64,000 nucleotides of DNA from Camelus dromedarius. Its lineage: Eukaryota. Of the stretch, positions 39,963 to 51,085 are shown piece after piece. The stretch is from contig NC_087436.1 of the NCBI RefSeq assembly GCF_036321535.1, forward strand, positions 104,038,001 to 104,102,000. The letters run 5' to 3'. Each line of letters starts with the position of its first letter. The first letter of the stretch is position 1. A program made the translations under genes and the position numbers. A model generated the notes under the pieces. The model searched no databases, was not told where the DNA came from, and saw only the letters and a program-made list of their open reading frames with translations.

Positions 39963-41221
39963 AAAAAACAAATACACAGAAATTTGTTACATTTTTATAC
40001 ACTAATAACAAACTGTCAGAAAGAGAAATTAAGGAAGCAATTCCATTTCAATTACATCAAAAACAATAAAATATGTAGGAATAAACCTAACTAAGAGGGC
40101 AAAAGATTTATACTTAAAAAACTATAAGACGTTGATGAAAGAAACTGAAGACAACACAAGATATACCATGTTCCTGAACTGGAAGAACTAATATTGTTAA
40201 AATGACCATAATACCCAAGGCAATCTACAGTTTCAATGCAATCACTATCAAAATACCAAGGGAACTTTTCATAGAGTTAGAACAAATAATTTTAAAATTT
40301 GTATGGAAACACAAAATATCCCAAATATCGAAAATAATCTTGAGAAAGAAAAGCACCAGAGGAATCACACTCCCTATACTACACAGACTATACTACAAAC
40401 TAGAGTCATCAAAACAGTATGGTACAAAAACAGACACATAGCTCAACAGAACAGGGTAGAGGACCCAGATACAAACCCACACAATTATGATCAATTAATC
40501 TACAACAAAAGATGCAAGAATATACAATAGAAGACAGTTTCTACCATAAGTGGTCCTGGAAAAACCGGACAGCTACATGTAAGAGAATGAAATCAGAACA
40601 TTCTCTAACACCAATACAAAAATGACCTGAAAGCTGATTAAAGACCTAAGTGTATGACCAGAAGCTATAAAACTCATAGAAGAAAACAGGCAGAACACTC
40701 TTAAACATAAATCATAGCAATGATTTTTGGATCAGTCTCCTAAAGCAAAGAAAATAAAACCAAAAATAAACAAATGGGTCCTAATTAAATTTAAAAGCTT
40801 TTCTCCAAGAAACACAATCATCAACAAAACAAAAAGACAACCTACTGAACGGGAGAAAATATTTGCAAATGATATGACCAATAAGGGGTTAATGTATGCC
40901 ATCACTTATATGTGGAATCTGAAAAAATAAACCACTGAATAGAACAAAAAATGAAACAGACTCACAAATATAGAGAACAAACTAGTGGTTACCAGTCGGG
41001 AGAGGGAAGGGAGGAGGGGCAAGATATGGGTGGGAAATTAAGAGATACAAACTATTAAATGTAAAATAAATAAGCTAAAGGGTATACTGTACAACACAGG
41101 GAATACAACCAATATTTTATAATAACTATAAGTGGAATATAACCTTTAAAAATTGTGAATCACTATGTTGTACACCTGAAACTTATACAATATTGTACAT
41201 CAAATATACCTCAATTAAAAA
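39963..41221 (+). mobile_element. 5'-truncated L1 (ORF2 fragment joined to 3' UTR, internally deleted)
   Basis: ORF 40202-40441 ([16 protein letters not shown]...) is L1 ORF2. The 3' UTR ends 'tatacctcaattaaaaa'. Confidence 0.92.
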
Positions 41222-44029
41222 TGATAGTTATATACTTTTTAAATTATTCAATCCACTCAGGCAATTTTCAACTTTATACTGTTCTTGCAACAATAAAAAT
41301 GGTCAATTTTTATGCCTCCAGTTCTTTGCATCATGTCTGACACAAAACAGTCACCTAAAAATGTTCAAAACCACATGTGTACACACACATTCACTTAAGT
41401 CTGACTTTCTCACTTTTAACCTATATGGTTCTTTTTAGGACCCATTTCAACAGACCTAAAACCAAACACTGGATGCACATCAGAAGGCACATTTAAGAAA
41501 CCAACTTCAAAAAACAGCAAAGGATATCTATATCACAGCTGGACAAAGATTTAAAGTAGTTTTTTTTTTTTCATTTGGCACTCAGAAATACAAAAGAAAG
41601 AAATATCAAGGATTAACATGGTGTGAATGTGGGTGACAAAGTAGAAAGAAGAGTGGAAGATAACAGACAGCAGGGAAACAAAGGAAAAAGTATATATTCG
41701 TCATTAATGGAACAGTTAAGAGATTTATTGCTGGAGAATGGAAGTAAAGAAGAATGGGAATTAAGATTATCTATTACTCAACATCAGATATTTTTAAAAG
41801 GAAAGAAAAACAATAGTGGAAAGAAAACACGAGTTCAATAACATGGATCTGTGAAATGTATCCTGCACTGAATAGCAGGAAAAAATCACAAATAACTATT
41901 TTTAAAACATTTTTCACTTACTGAGAATCATTTAAGAAACAGTTACAAATCGCTCTCATCACTCTGGGGGTTTGTGATGAGGTTTCTTGGTATTTTTTAA
42001 TTACATCAATAAGATATTCACTTCAAGGATTTTTAAAATTAAAAACCCAGTTTTTACTTAATTCAGTAAAATCATTTTTCAAGTTTTCAGTTCCACAGTA
42101 TGTCAAGTTTAGGAAAATAGAGAAAGAAAGTGAAAATGACTAGAGGAAAAGAGTAAGTTACACAGAAGCCGAGATCCAGAAGCACACAAAAAAATTCATT
42201 TGTAAGAAACCACTGGGGCAGATACAGGCAGCTGGGTTCTGAAATGAATGTTAGTCCAAGTAAACTGTTCTTGTCATCCTCTGGTTTCCTGGTCCTGGGG
42301 TGGGGGAGTTATCATTATCTTAAGAAAATACTTGAGTAGTCACTATCAGAAATTCTACAACTAATCCTTAATCCTAAAGTTGTTTCACTTTAGACGAGAT
42401 GGCTGATGAAGCCCAGGAGAGAGGAAATGACTCTCAGGACTGCAGCCATGATGGTTGTGCAGTATCACCTCAAGGGCCAAATGAAATAGTGCCAAAAGTC
42501 AAATCAATCATTGGCTTAGGGTTCCCCACCCTCAACTGAGAACTTTCCTAGTAATGAAGTTCTCTGAGGAGGAAATGTTCAGCTAGGCTAGAGGAACACA
42601 GACTAAGGACAGAGGCTTAGGAGAGAATCGCCTTTAAAATCAGCAACAATGAAACCAGGCAAGGAGACAGTTATTGAAGATAGGATCAGCAAGTGTCAAG
42701 GAGGACTGAATATCTAATACTTACTAACATAAAGATCTAGAAGACTAAGGAAAAGAACAAATCATTCAGATTTCGCTTTTGAAATCATCATCTACAGATC
42801 AGGTGTGAAATTCACACAATGAAATTCAAAAGTTAATGTTGAAAAAAATTATGTCAAGTACTCTGAGACACTGTTATTCAAAGCAGGGTGGGGTCGGGGG
42901 AGTTCAACTCTGATGCACTGTAATGTTAGTTCAATCTGGAAACAGTTATCCTTTGTTAAGGAATAAACATGCACTTTTAAATATGGATTATTAAAAAGTT
43001 TCATACACTTTGTAAATCCTCAAGTAAGTCCAATCATATATAAAAATAATTTTATATTAAATAGGCACATTTGAAATGAAGGAGACACTACAACAAGGTG
43101 TTTCCTCTTGCTTGTTTTCAAGGACTTGTACCACTTTAAGTCATTCTACAAACTCTAGGAGTTTAAAAGGTAAATTTCATTTTAGACTTCCTACAGATTC
43201 CTTTTAAATCTAATAACAAAAAACATTTTATAAAATTTCCTCTAAATATTTTCATAGCCACAACATCATTTGAACTCTCAAGACCTTGACTCCTATATAG
43301 CTTACTAAATGGCCTCTTTATTTATCTCTATTATCTCCTCATTTCCATCCACCCAGACTTAGCTTTCTCAAACACTGAGGTCATGTCACTCCCATGTTTA
43401 AAAACCTCAGGGCTTCTCAATCCCTGACAGGATAACAGGATAATAGATTTAGAACTCTACATTTATGAACAAAACATTCTGAAAGGTCAAAATACCTTTT
43501 TAAGCCTTTAGTTTTACCTTAAAATTTAAAGTAAACTTACATTTTCCCATAAGTTGTGCATGTTTAGTATTGTTAAATGTTTTAAATTACTATTAAATAT
43601 CTAATGTTTATTTCCAAAATAACCTAGTAAAATGAATATGTCAAGAAAATTGTATCATAACTTTCCTGTGGCTTTCCATACTCCTCAGCACATGGCTGAA
43701 TACCCCAGTTTCAGATGTGTTGACATTTCAATACATATGGAATAAAGTAGGTAATACTAAAGCTCTTGATACTTTGACCAAAACTTTTTTCTCCTTGCAT
43801 TTCCCACTACTCTACATACACCCTATGCTTAACTCCAAAAAAAACTATAAACTAACTCCTTATTCTTGCTTATGCCTCCTCCTGGAAAGTCCTTTCACTC
43901 ATCTCCACAAGAAGTCCTATCTGTACATCAAGGTCCAGCTCAAACCCAACCCTCCTTCAAGTAATATTCTTTAGTAGCCTTCCTTTTCCCAATATTTTGC
44001 AGTCTGTTATTCTTAATCGCAGTCTGTAT

Positions 44030-44285
44030 AAGGATGCATACAACATACCAGTTAAGAATCAAAGCTTTGGAATGAGAGAAACCTAGGTCAACGACTGACT
44101 TTGCTACTCACTAAGTGTGACCTTGGGCAAGTTACTTAAGATCATCCTGCATCAGTTTCCTCATCTCTTATCTGAGGCTAGCAACTATCTAACAGAATTA
44201 ATCTCAGAATCAAAAACAGTGATATATATATAAAGCACTCAGCACAATACTGACCACTAGTAATAGTTTAAAAAATATGCCTATT
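44030..44285 (+). mobile_element. MIR SINE
   Basis: MIR core 'gtgtgaccttgggcaagttacttaa...tcagtttcctcatct'. Confidence 0.8.
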
Positions 44286-47200
44286 ATTCCCAATAGACAG
44301 ACCCACGTTTTATTCTCTTCTGTATTTTTTACTACTCCTACAATGTGGTAATCTGCATGTGCTTAATAATTGCTTAGTTGATGAAATCTGATCAATTCAG
44401 AAGTAATCTCCTAGGCAGTTCTTAATAAGGTCCTAATTCTGGTGAATATCAAAAAATGGCTTGCTAATCATACTTTTAGCTGTTAATTTTAACATTAACT
44501 TAAAGAGTACATACTTTAGCTACCATATGTACAAATACAAATCTCCATGCATCATTTTAAAAGTGTTCCACACTGCATTATTATCACTGAGTAGGGCAAT
44601 ATCCAAAATGTTTGATACAGTTATTCAAAACTCTAAATTAATCTAAAAACATTAGCATGTATCCAACCACAAAGGAAGACTTTAGCAAATTAGAGAATTC
44701 CTGTGTAGATCCTCCTATTGTTAAAATTAAGCTAAATCCTGAACCCACTTTTCCAGCTGGCCATTTGAGTTTTTCCTGTGCCAGGGGATTCCCAACAGAG
44801 ACCAATCAGTTCTGCCATAGTATTCTCAAAAAGAGTACCAAAGGATGCAATGTTACCAGACCAGTGAGATTATTACTGATTCTTAAACTGTCAGAATAGA
44901 CTAGATCAAAAGGGATGAGAGTATATTCTTTAATTCTGTAGTTAGCCACAGGAAAAAGAAAAGGCAACCTACAGCAATGGTGAAAAACCTGATGAAGAAA
45001 GGGACTGGTAAATGGTAACTACGGGAAAGGAAAAAAAGGATATAGCAGAAGACCTAGTCATCAAAAGGCGGCCTCAGGAAATCCTAAGCTAAATACAAAA
45101 AGGGTAACTTCACAAAAGAAACAACAGTTTCTATTACTATGTGAACTACACTATGAATTTAATTATTGTCACAATCAAAACACTTACACATGTAAATTTA
45201 TCACAAAACATTACTCAAAGCAATAGATGCATGCTACACTCCAGCCAACTGCTAATTTAAAAAAAAAAAAGTGACATTTGCTGTGTAAATGTTAGGAAGG
45301 CAAGGTGATGAAAGGTGAAGCTTAACATTTTTCTAATGGCAATCACGCTCACGCGAGGTATTTGCATACAAATTACCGAAAGCCCCACTACACAGATGTG
45401 TTTAACGCTAGAGAGGAAAGTGGCTCTTCTAAATGAAATTATATTTTCAAACTAAGAATATTTTAAATTTCCATTGAAATTTTAATTATTCCAAAAGACA
45501 TGTTTTAAAATATGCATTTTCTATGACTAGTAACAGCAAACTAGTGAAAAGTGTTATAGTTAAGGTAAAACCTTTACAAAGGCACTAAAGAAAGCATCAT
45601 TAGTTCATTTTAAAAAAAGCAAATATTTCTAAAGTTAAAATTTGTTTTAAAAAAATTCTGAAACAATTACATGTAAGAAAAAAATGTTTTAATGTTTCAA
45701 TTATTACAGAATTAAGAACTGTAGAATAAAGAATTGTGTTCTATATATATGTGCGATATATTTATGTATGTGTATATGTCTATTTCATAGACATTGCCCT
45801 TTCATAAACTATTTCTCAAGGACCACATCTGGATGAGATCACTCCCTACTGGGATCAGTTCATTACTTCTAAATCTGTTAGGCAAAAAAGAAAAAAAAAG
45901 TGATGTTTTGAATTATTAAAGCACTGCTTTAGATTATAATCAACAAGCCCTCAATCACCAATCCCTAACTTGCTTTAAATTTCAATTACTTTCAAAGTAA
46001 GAACTCTAACTATATATATATTATTAAATTATTAAATTATTGTTATTATTGAAATTATATATAACTTAAGCCCTTACTACATAGCATTGTAAATATTTAA
46101 TGGTTTCATCTTTTCAAAATATTTGCAGACTGAATCTTGAAAGGGTGATATAAAAAAGGAAAAGACAATATAAACCAATATTCTTATGACAACAGGTCTG
46201 TTTATTTTGATGACTTGTCATACTCTCCTCATAATAACACCTGCTTGCTCAAAACTAAGCATGCAATAGATGATTTAAAGGCGATTTATTCTTAAAATAC
46301 ACTAAACTTCTAAAGTAAAACTCTTGAGAGGCAAACTTCAGTGGAAAAGAATGTTTTCTAGACCAGACAAGTAAGACGCAAACTTATGAAGCTTATAAAG
46401 GTAAGTATTTAAAATACTCATCTGTAGAGGAAAAGAGAAGATAAAGTGATTTGGGCTGTCATTTTTAGAGCTATCAAGAATTCACAGTTAAATGACATGT
46501 TTAATACAGAGCCAGAGAGAATAATTCTCTCAGAATTCTTACAAGAATTTTCCACTTTTAAAATTCACATGAAGCTTAGTTTTATTACTGATGCTCTCCA
46601 CCCCATTTCTATCCACTAACACTGCTTAGAATATGATAACACAGTATTTTTTAAGTTCAGTCTATGGCTCTACTTCCCGAAGTGTATAATAGCAATAATC
46701 AATTACATTCTGGGTTTAGCACAACATTTACAAATGGAAACCATAAAAGAAAGCATTATTCATACAATCAGAAGAGTAGGAAGGAGTCCTGTATGGATCA
46801 TAAAATTCAAAGAAATTTTCAATATGCTCTAACTTTACCATGGAATTTCAATTTATCTTTTCTCAGATACCAGTGCTATTGACTGTATTTACGTAAACTT
46901 ACTAAAATGACCACAATTTAACTTGAACTTAGCGTAGTTTTATTACCTTAAATTTTAATGGAAATTTCTAACTAGTCAAAACTCAATACTCTAACAAGGA
47001 GAAACAATAAGAATATTAAAAATAAATTTCAGGGTAAATATCATTTTAGTAAACTTATTTTAAAGCACTATAGCACAAACTCATTTTTCTGTGATATATC
47101 AGACTTTTTATCCAGTAAGAATCACTTTTCCTCTTTCACAATACCATAAATAACTCAGAGGAATTTAAGTCTTCAAAAGGAAGGATTATAAACAGCTTAC

Positions 47201-48898
47201 TAAAATAAAATTCCATCTGAAGTAATTTTCTTGAAATAATCTACACGACACCCATATACATTAGTGGTTAATAAATACTAAGTTTTCTGAATCATGTGCC
47301 CTTCTACCAATTACATATTGGTAAAACATTAGCCAATTATTTAATAACCAAACTTTTCTTTTCAAGAAACCAAGAGCCACACTCCACAGCTTCTAGAAAC
47401 CCAAACAGTTCAGCTCCCTCCCTTCCTGCATGAGGCACTGAACCTTCACTTTATAGTTTTAGCTTGTTACTTCCCTAATAATCACCATAAGACTACTGAA
47501 GCATAAAACTATCCAACCTACCCTCTTACTCAAACTATATTATACTCCTAATACTGATCATTCTGTAATCATTTTATCAAAATTACCCAGAGGTAGGTTT
47601 GATGTTTCAAGCTCATTTAAAAGGGCTTGATTTATTTCAGGGTAAAGCAAATTAAATATTCTGATCATTATGTTCCATACATTACAACTTCCAAAGAGCT
47701 TGGAAAGTTTACCAACACCTTCCTCTCTAGAATAGTCAACATCCTGTCACAGAACCCAGAGAATAGCTGCTTTGCTCTAAAGAATATAGCTCCTGAGCAC
47801 CACTCACAGCAGCTGTTAGTAACTTTCAAACGCCTGTTGGACTATCACTCTGGTTAAATTAATGAAGGGTCATTGTGTTCCGCTTTACTTTTCCCTTTTT
47901 ATTCTTGCAATTAATCTAGAAAACTTACAGATTACTTTTAAAAATAAAGAAAAGTGCCACAAAAAAAAAGCTTACTTTAAACGTGGCCACTACTTTTCCA
48001 AAAGAAATCATTCCACGATCCCTTGATCATTACTTAAACCACAACCTATCAGTTGTACATGACACTGGAAAGCTTTAAGAGGAGTCATTTTTCCACCTAA
48101 CCTTACCACACGTTTGCAAGTTTTCAATAATTTCAAGAACGTTCCATATTTTAAAAGATGCTGGTGCACCCTATCAGAACTGCGCTGCTCAAATACAAAG
48201 CACCAAATACCCTGCACTTGGTAAATTTTAGGTATATTCCTGGTTACCTGCTGAGATTTCTGTACCCTTTGTCACCCAGTGATGCTCCCACCAGCAAAAC
48301 GGTCTTCCTCCCACCCCCCAAAAAATACACATTAGACTTAGAGGTTTCCGCATACTTATAAGGAACCACTAATACCACTAGGTATTAAGTCTCTCAAAGA
48401 ATCCGCTCTAGCAGCCTCCCGTGGGACACTGTGCTCAGCGGGGCTTTGAACCTGTGAGACTCGCTGCCAGCTGCCTTTGCAAAAGCAGCACCAGAGGCGG
48501 ACTCAATACCGCATTGCTGCTGCTGACTTCCAGCAGCTTAAAAAAAAAATCAGCCCAGTACCCTGCAGACCCTGCTGGCTCTTCTGCAGCACGGAAGAGA
48601 AACCACCGCATTGCTCAGCGTAGAACATCGCGGGGTAGACTTAAGGGCGGGGAAGTGAGTGCCGTCTAGAGGCTCAGCCGAGGGCGGAGTGTCAGGGGGG
48701 AGAGGGAAGGCGTCCCGAGTGCAGGGAACCGCGACGAAGCAGCTGCCGGGACGCCGGCGTCTGGGCACCCGGCTCGGCATCCCACACTGGCCGCGGCCGT
48801 CGAACAGCAGGCGGCCCCGCAGGAGTGCGGGCCCCTCCCGGGGATGGGGGTCCCGCAGCGCCCAGCCGAGCCCCGCCCTTCGCCCTCCCGGCCCTCAC

Positions 48899-49307
48899 CT
48901 GTCATAAGCGCCGGGCCGTCGCCCGCCGCCGCGGCGTGAGTGGAGGCGGCCGCCGCGGCAGAGCCCGCCGCCCGCCGCCCGCGGAGGTGCCTGGGCACCA
49001 GCTCGCATCCGTCCGCCGCGCCGACCACCAGCAGCCCGAGCACCAGCAGCGCAGCCCAGCGCAGCCGCCGCAGCCAGCCCGAGGCCGGGCCGGGCGTCGT
49101 GGCGGGATGAGGACGCGGAGGAGGAGCGGGGGGAAAGCGCGGCGGCGCCCCGGCCACCGGCCACTCGCCCGCTCCGCGAGGCGCCGCCACCGCCGCCTGT
49201 GACTCCTCGGGCCGCCCCCGCCGCCTCAGACTCGAGCTCCTGCGGGGCGCCAGCCTGGTCGCGTCGGCACCGGCGGCCTCCGGAGCTCGGGTCCCGGCTG
49301 CGTTCAT
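48899..49307 (-). CDS. STIM2: STIM2 (stromal interaction molecule 2) coding exon 1: long N-terminal signal region plus start of the luminal domain
   Basis: The translation MNAAGTRAPEAAGAD...WAALLVLGLLVVGAADGCELVPRHLRGRRAAGSAAAAASTHAAAAGDGPALMT closely matches the human STIM2 N-terminus as I recall it (MNAAGIRAPEAAGADG...GCELVPRHLRGRRATGS...ALMT-D). A canonical donor ACAG|GTGAGG at 48899/48898 (phase 1) falls exactly where similarity ends. 409 nt = 136 codons + 1 nt. Confidence 0.97.
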
Positions 49308-49452
49308 TGGTTCCGGTTATTTAAAAAAAAAAAAAAAGGTGAGGAGCAAAAAGGTACGGCGTCTTCAGGCCGCGCGCCACACCCGCGGTGCTGCGGCAGC
49401 GAGACCGGGATCCGCTGCTCTGGCGCCTCCAAACACCAGTCCCAGCGCCCGC

Positions 49453-49476
49453 GCCGCCGCCGCCGCCGCCACCGCC
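49453..49476 (-). repeat. (GGC)n trinucleotide repeat upstream of the STIM2 AUG
   Basis: The plus strand reads (GCC)6 ACC GCC. Confidence 0.9.
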
Positions 49477-50004
49477 GCGGCGCATCCCCCCGCCCCCTCC
49501 GGCCCGCGCCCGTCGTAGTACCACGCTCTGCCCGGACGCCTCCTCCCCTCACACATTCGCTCGCATAGCAATCCCCCGCCTCCTTCAGCCTCTCCAACGC
49601 GCAGGCGCGGTGCTGCTGCACCGGGCCTGCGCGGCTTTGAAGCCCCGCCCCCCGGGGGCGTTCCTCGGAGGACCCGAGAGCCTTGAGGAGGTTTCTAAGG
49701 CTTTCGCGGAGCAGCGAAGATAGGGGGTGGGAGGGAAGACGGGCATGCCCCCCTCCCCCATTCACGCCCCCACAGCTACTCAGGCGGCGGGGGAGGGGGA
49801 GCGGGAACGAAGGGGGCGGGGATAAGAATACGGATATCCCAAATCGTTTGGGCGAGTTTTAGCCCTGCAAACGGCAGCAAAAATAATTGCGTGGGTTAGA
49901 AAACCTTGTAATCAGAAAAGCGGCGTCTCCAGAATTTCGGTATCGGTGGGGCTTAATAAGAGGCTAGCAGTGTGGAAGTGGAGGTTAGCACAGCGTAGGG
50001 TTTT

Positions 50005-50200
50005 ACTTATTAAACACTTAAAGATCTTGCTACGTGCCAGTGTGCCAGGCAGTGTCCTAAGCGCTTTACAAATTTACACATTATAATTCTAGAAGTTAGG
50101 TGGGTGGTACCGTTTTCATACCCATTTTACAAAAGAGGACGCTAAAGCCGAAAAATGTCATTACTTGCCCCCCAGGTTCCAAAGCTAGTAAATGAGAGGC
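50005..50200 (-). mobile_element. MIR SINE
   Basis: 'tgtgccaggcagtgtcctaagcgctttaca...cccattttacaaaagaggac...agctagtaaatg'. Confidence 0.75.
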
Positions 50201-50914
50201 AGGTTAGTTGTAGCACCACTGAATGTAAACATTGAAAAGGATTTGCTCTAGCCTCCGACCCTCCTGTATTTAAACTTTAGCTGAACTCAACACCTCCAGA
50301 ACAGCACCCCACCCCATGGAGTCTTTGCTGTCAGCTGAATAGGTTGACAGAAAAACGTGGTTCAGACTGGATTTGGCTTCACCTACCTTGACTGAAGCAC
50401 CCCCCCCCACACACACACACGCAGGCATTCTCTCTCCAGTGGCACAAAATTGTTAAAGATTTGCAATAGGGTTCTTAAGCACAAAAGTCCTGTTTGGTAT
50501 TGGGTTCTATTGTTGGGTTAGGGTTTTGATTTGGTTTTTTATTGGTTTGTTTTCTCAAGTCAAGAAGATACTCAAGTTACACTCTCCCAAAGAATTTCTT
50601 AGGCAGCCTAGCCAACATAACTATGAATATCACTGCCTGTGGAAGGGCAGATGCACACTTCAGAAAAGAATTAAGAATTTCTTTGAGGCTAATCAATCTA
50701 TCCACAATGATTTCTTGACAGACTTCTTGGGGGCATGGTGTTTAGGTGGTATTTCTTTATAAGGCAACAGGGAGATTATATTTCCGCTGCTGAAAGGCAC
50801 AGCAATCAAGTTACATATTTGCTGAATGTCCTCCTAAAGGAGATAGTTCTTCTAGAAAGCCAGCAAAATATAAAGGAATAACAGGCTTGTTTCTTGCTCT
50901 CCAGAAGGCAACAT

Positions 50915-51085
50915 TTCATTCATTCAATATTAACTGAGTGCCTAGCATGTGCCAGGCAGAGTACTCAGTATTGGTGTTTCAAGGGGCATAAGAGAGACAC
51001 TTGAAAAAAATCAAGTCAGTATTCAGAGATACAAGATAGAGAACACAGTTCCTGCCTCGGGAATCTTATAATCTTGCTTAGGAGA
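50915..51085 (-). mobile_element. L2 3' end
   Basis: 'ttcattcattcaa...ctgagtgcctagcatgtgccaggca'. Confidence 0.7.

Larger units (their letters stand above)
1..48898 (-). other. STIM2: STIM2 intron 1 (partial; extends beyond the window start)
   Basis: Starts at the GT donor 48898-48897. I did not see sequence encoding the expected exon 2 peptide (DPCMSLSPPCFTEEDRF...) in the window or the ORF track. Confidence 0.85.
48400..49950. promoter_or_regulatory. STIM2: CpG island / STIM2 promoter and 5' UTR
   Basis: Very GC- and CpG-rich against AT-rich flanks. NRF1-like GCGCAGGCGC at 49599-49608, GC box GGGGCGGGG at 49813-49821, GCC repeat at 49453-49476. Confidence 0.92.

Noticed and set aside
48666..48898. 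C-terminal 77 aa of the 213-aa ORF
   Set aside because: Read-through past the exon 1 donor into GC-rich intron; similarity to STIM2 ends at the GT.
49304..49765. 153-aa ORF whose stop overlaps the STIM2 AUG
   Set aside because: Its start is probably upstream of the transcribed region and the peptide is unrecognisable. Only the stop overlap is kept, in the U15 finding.
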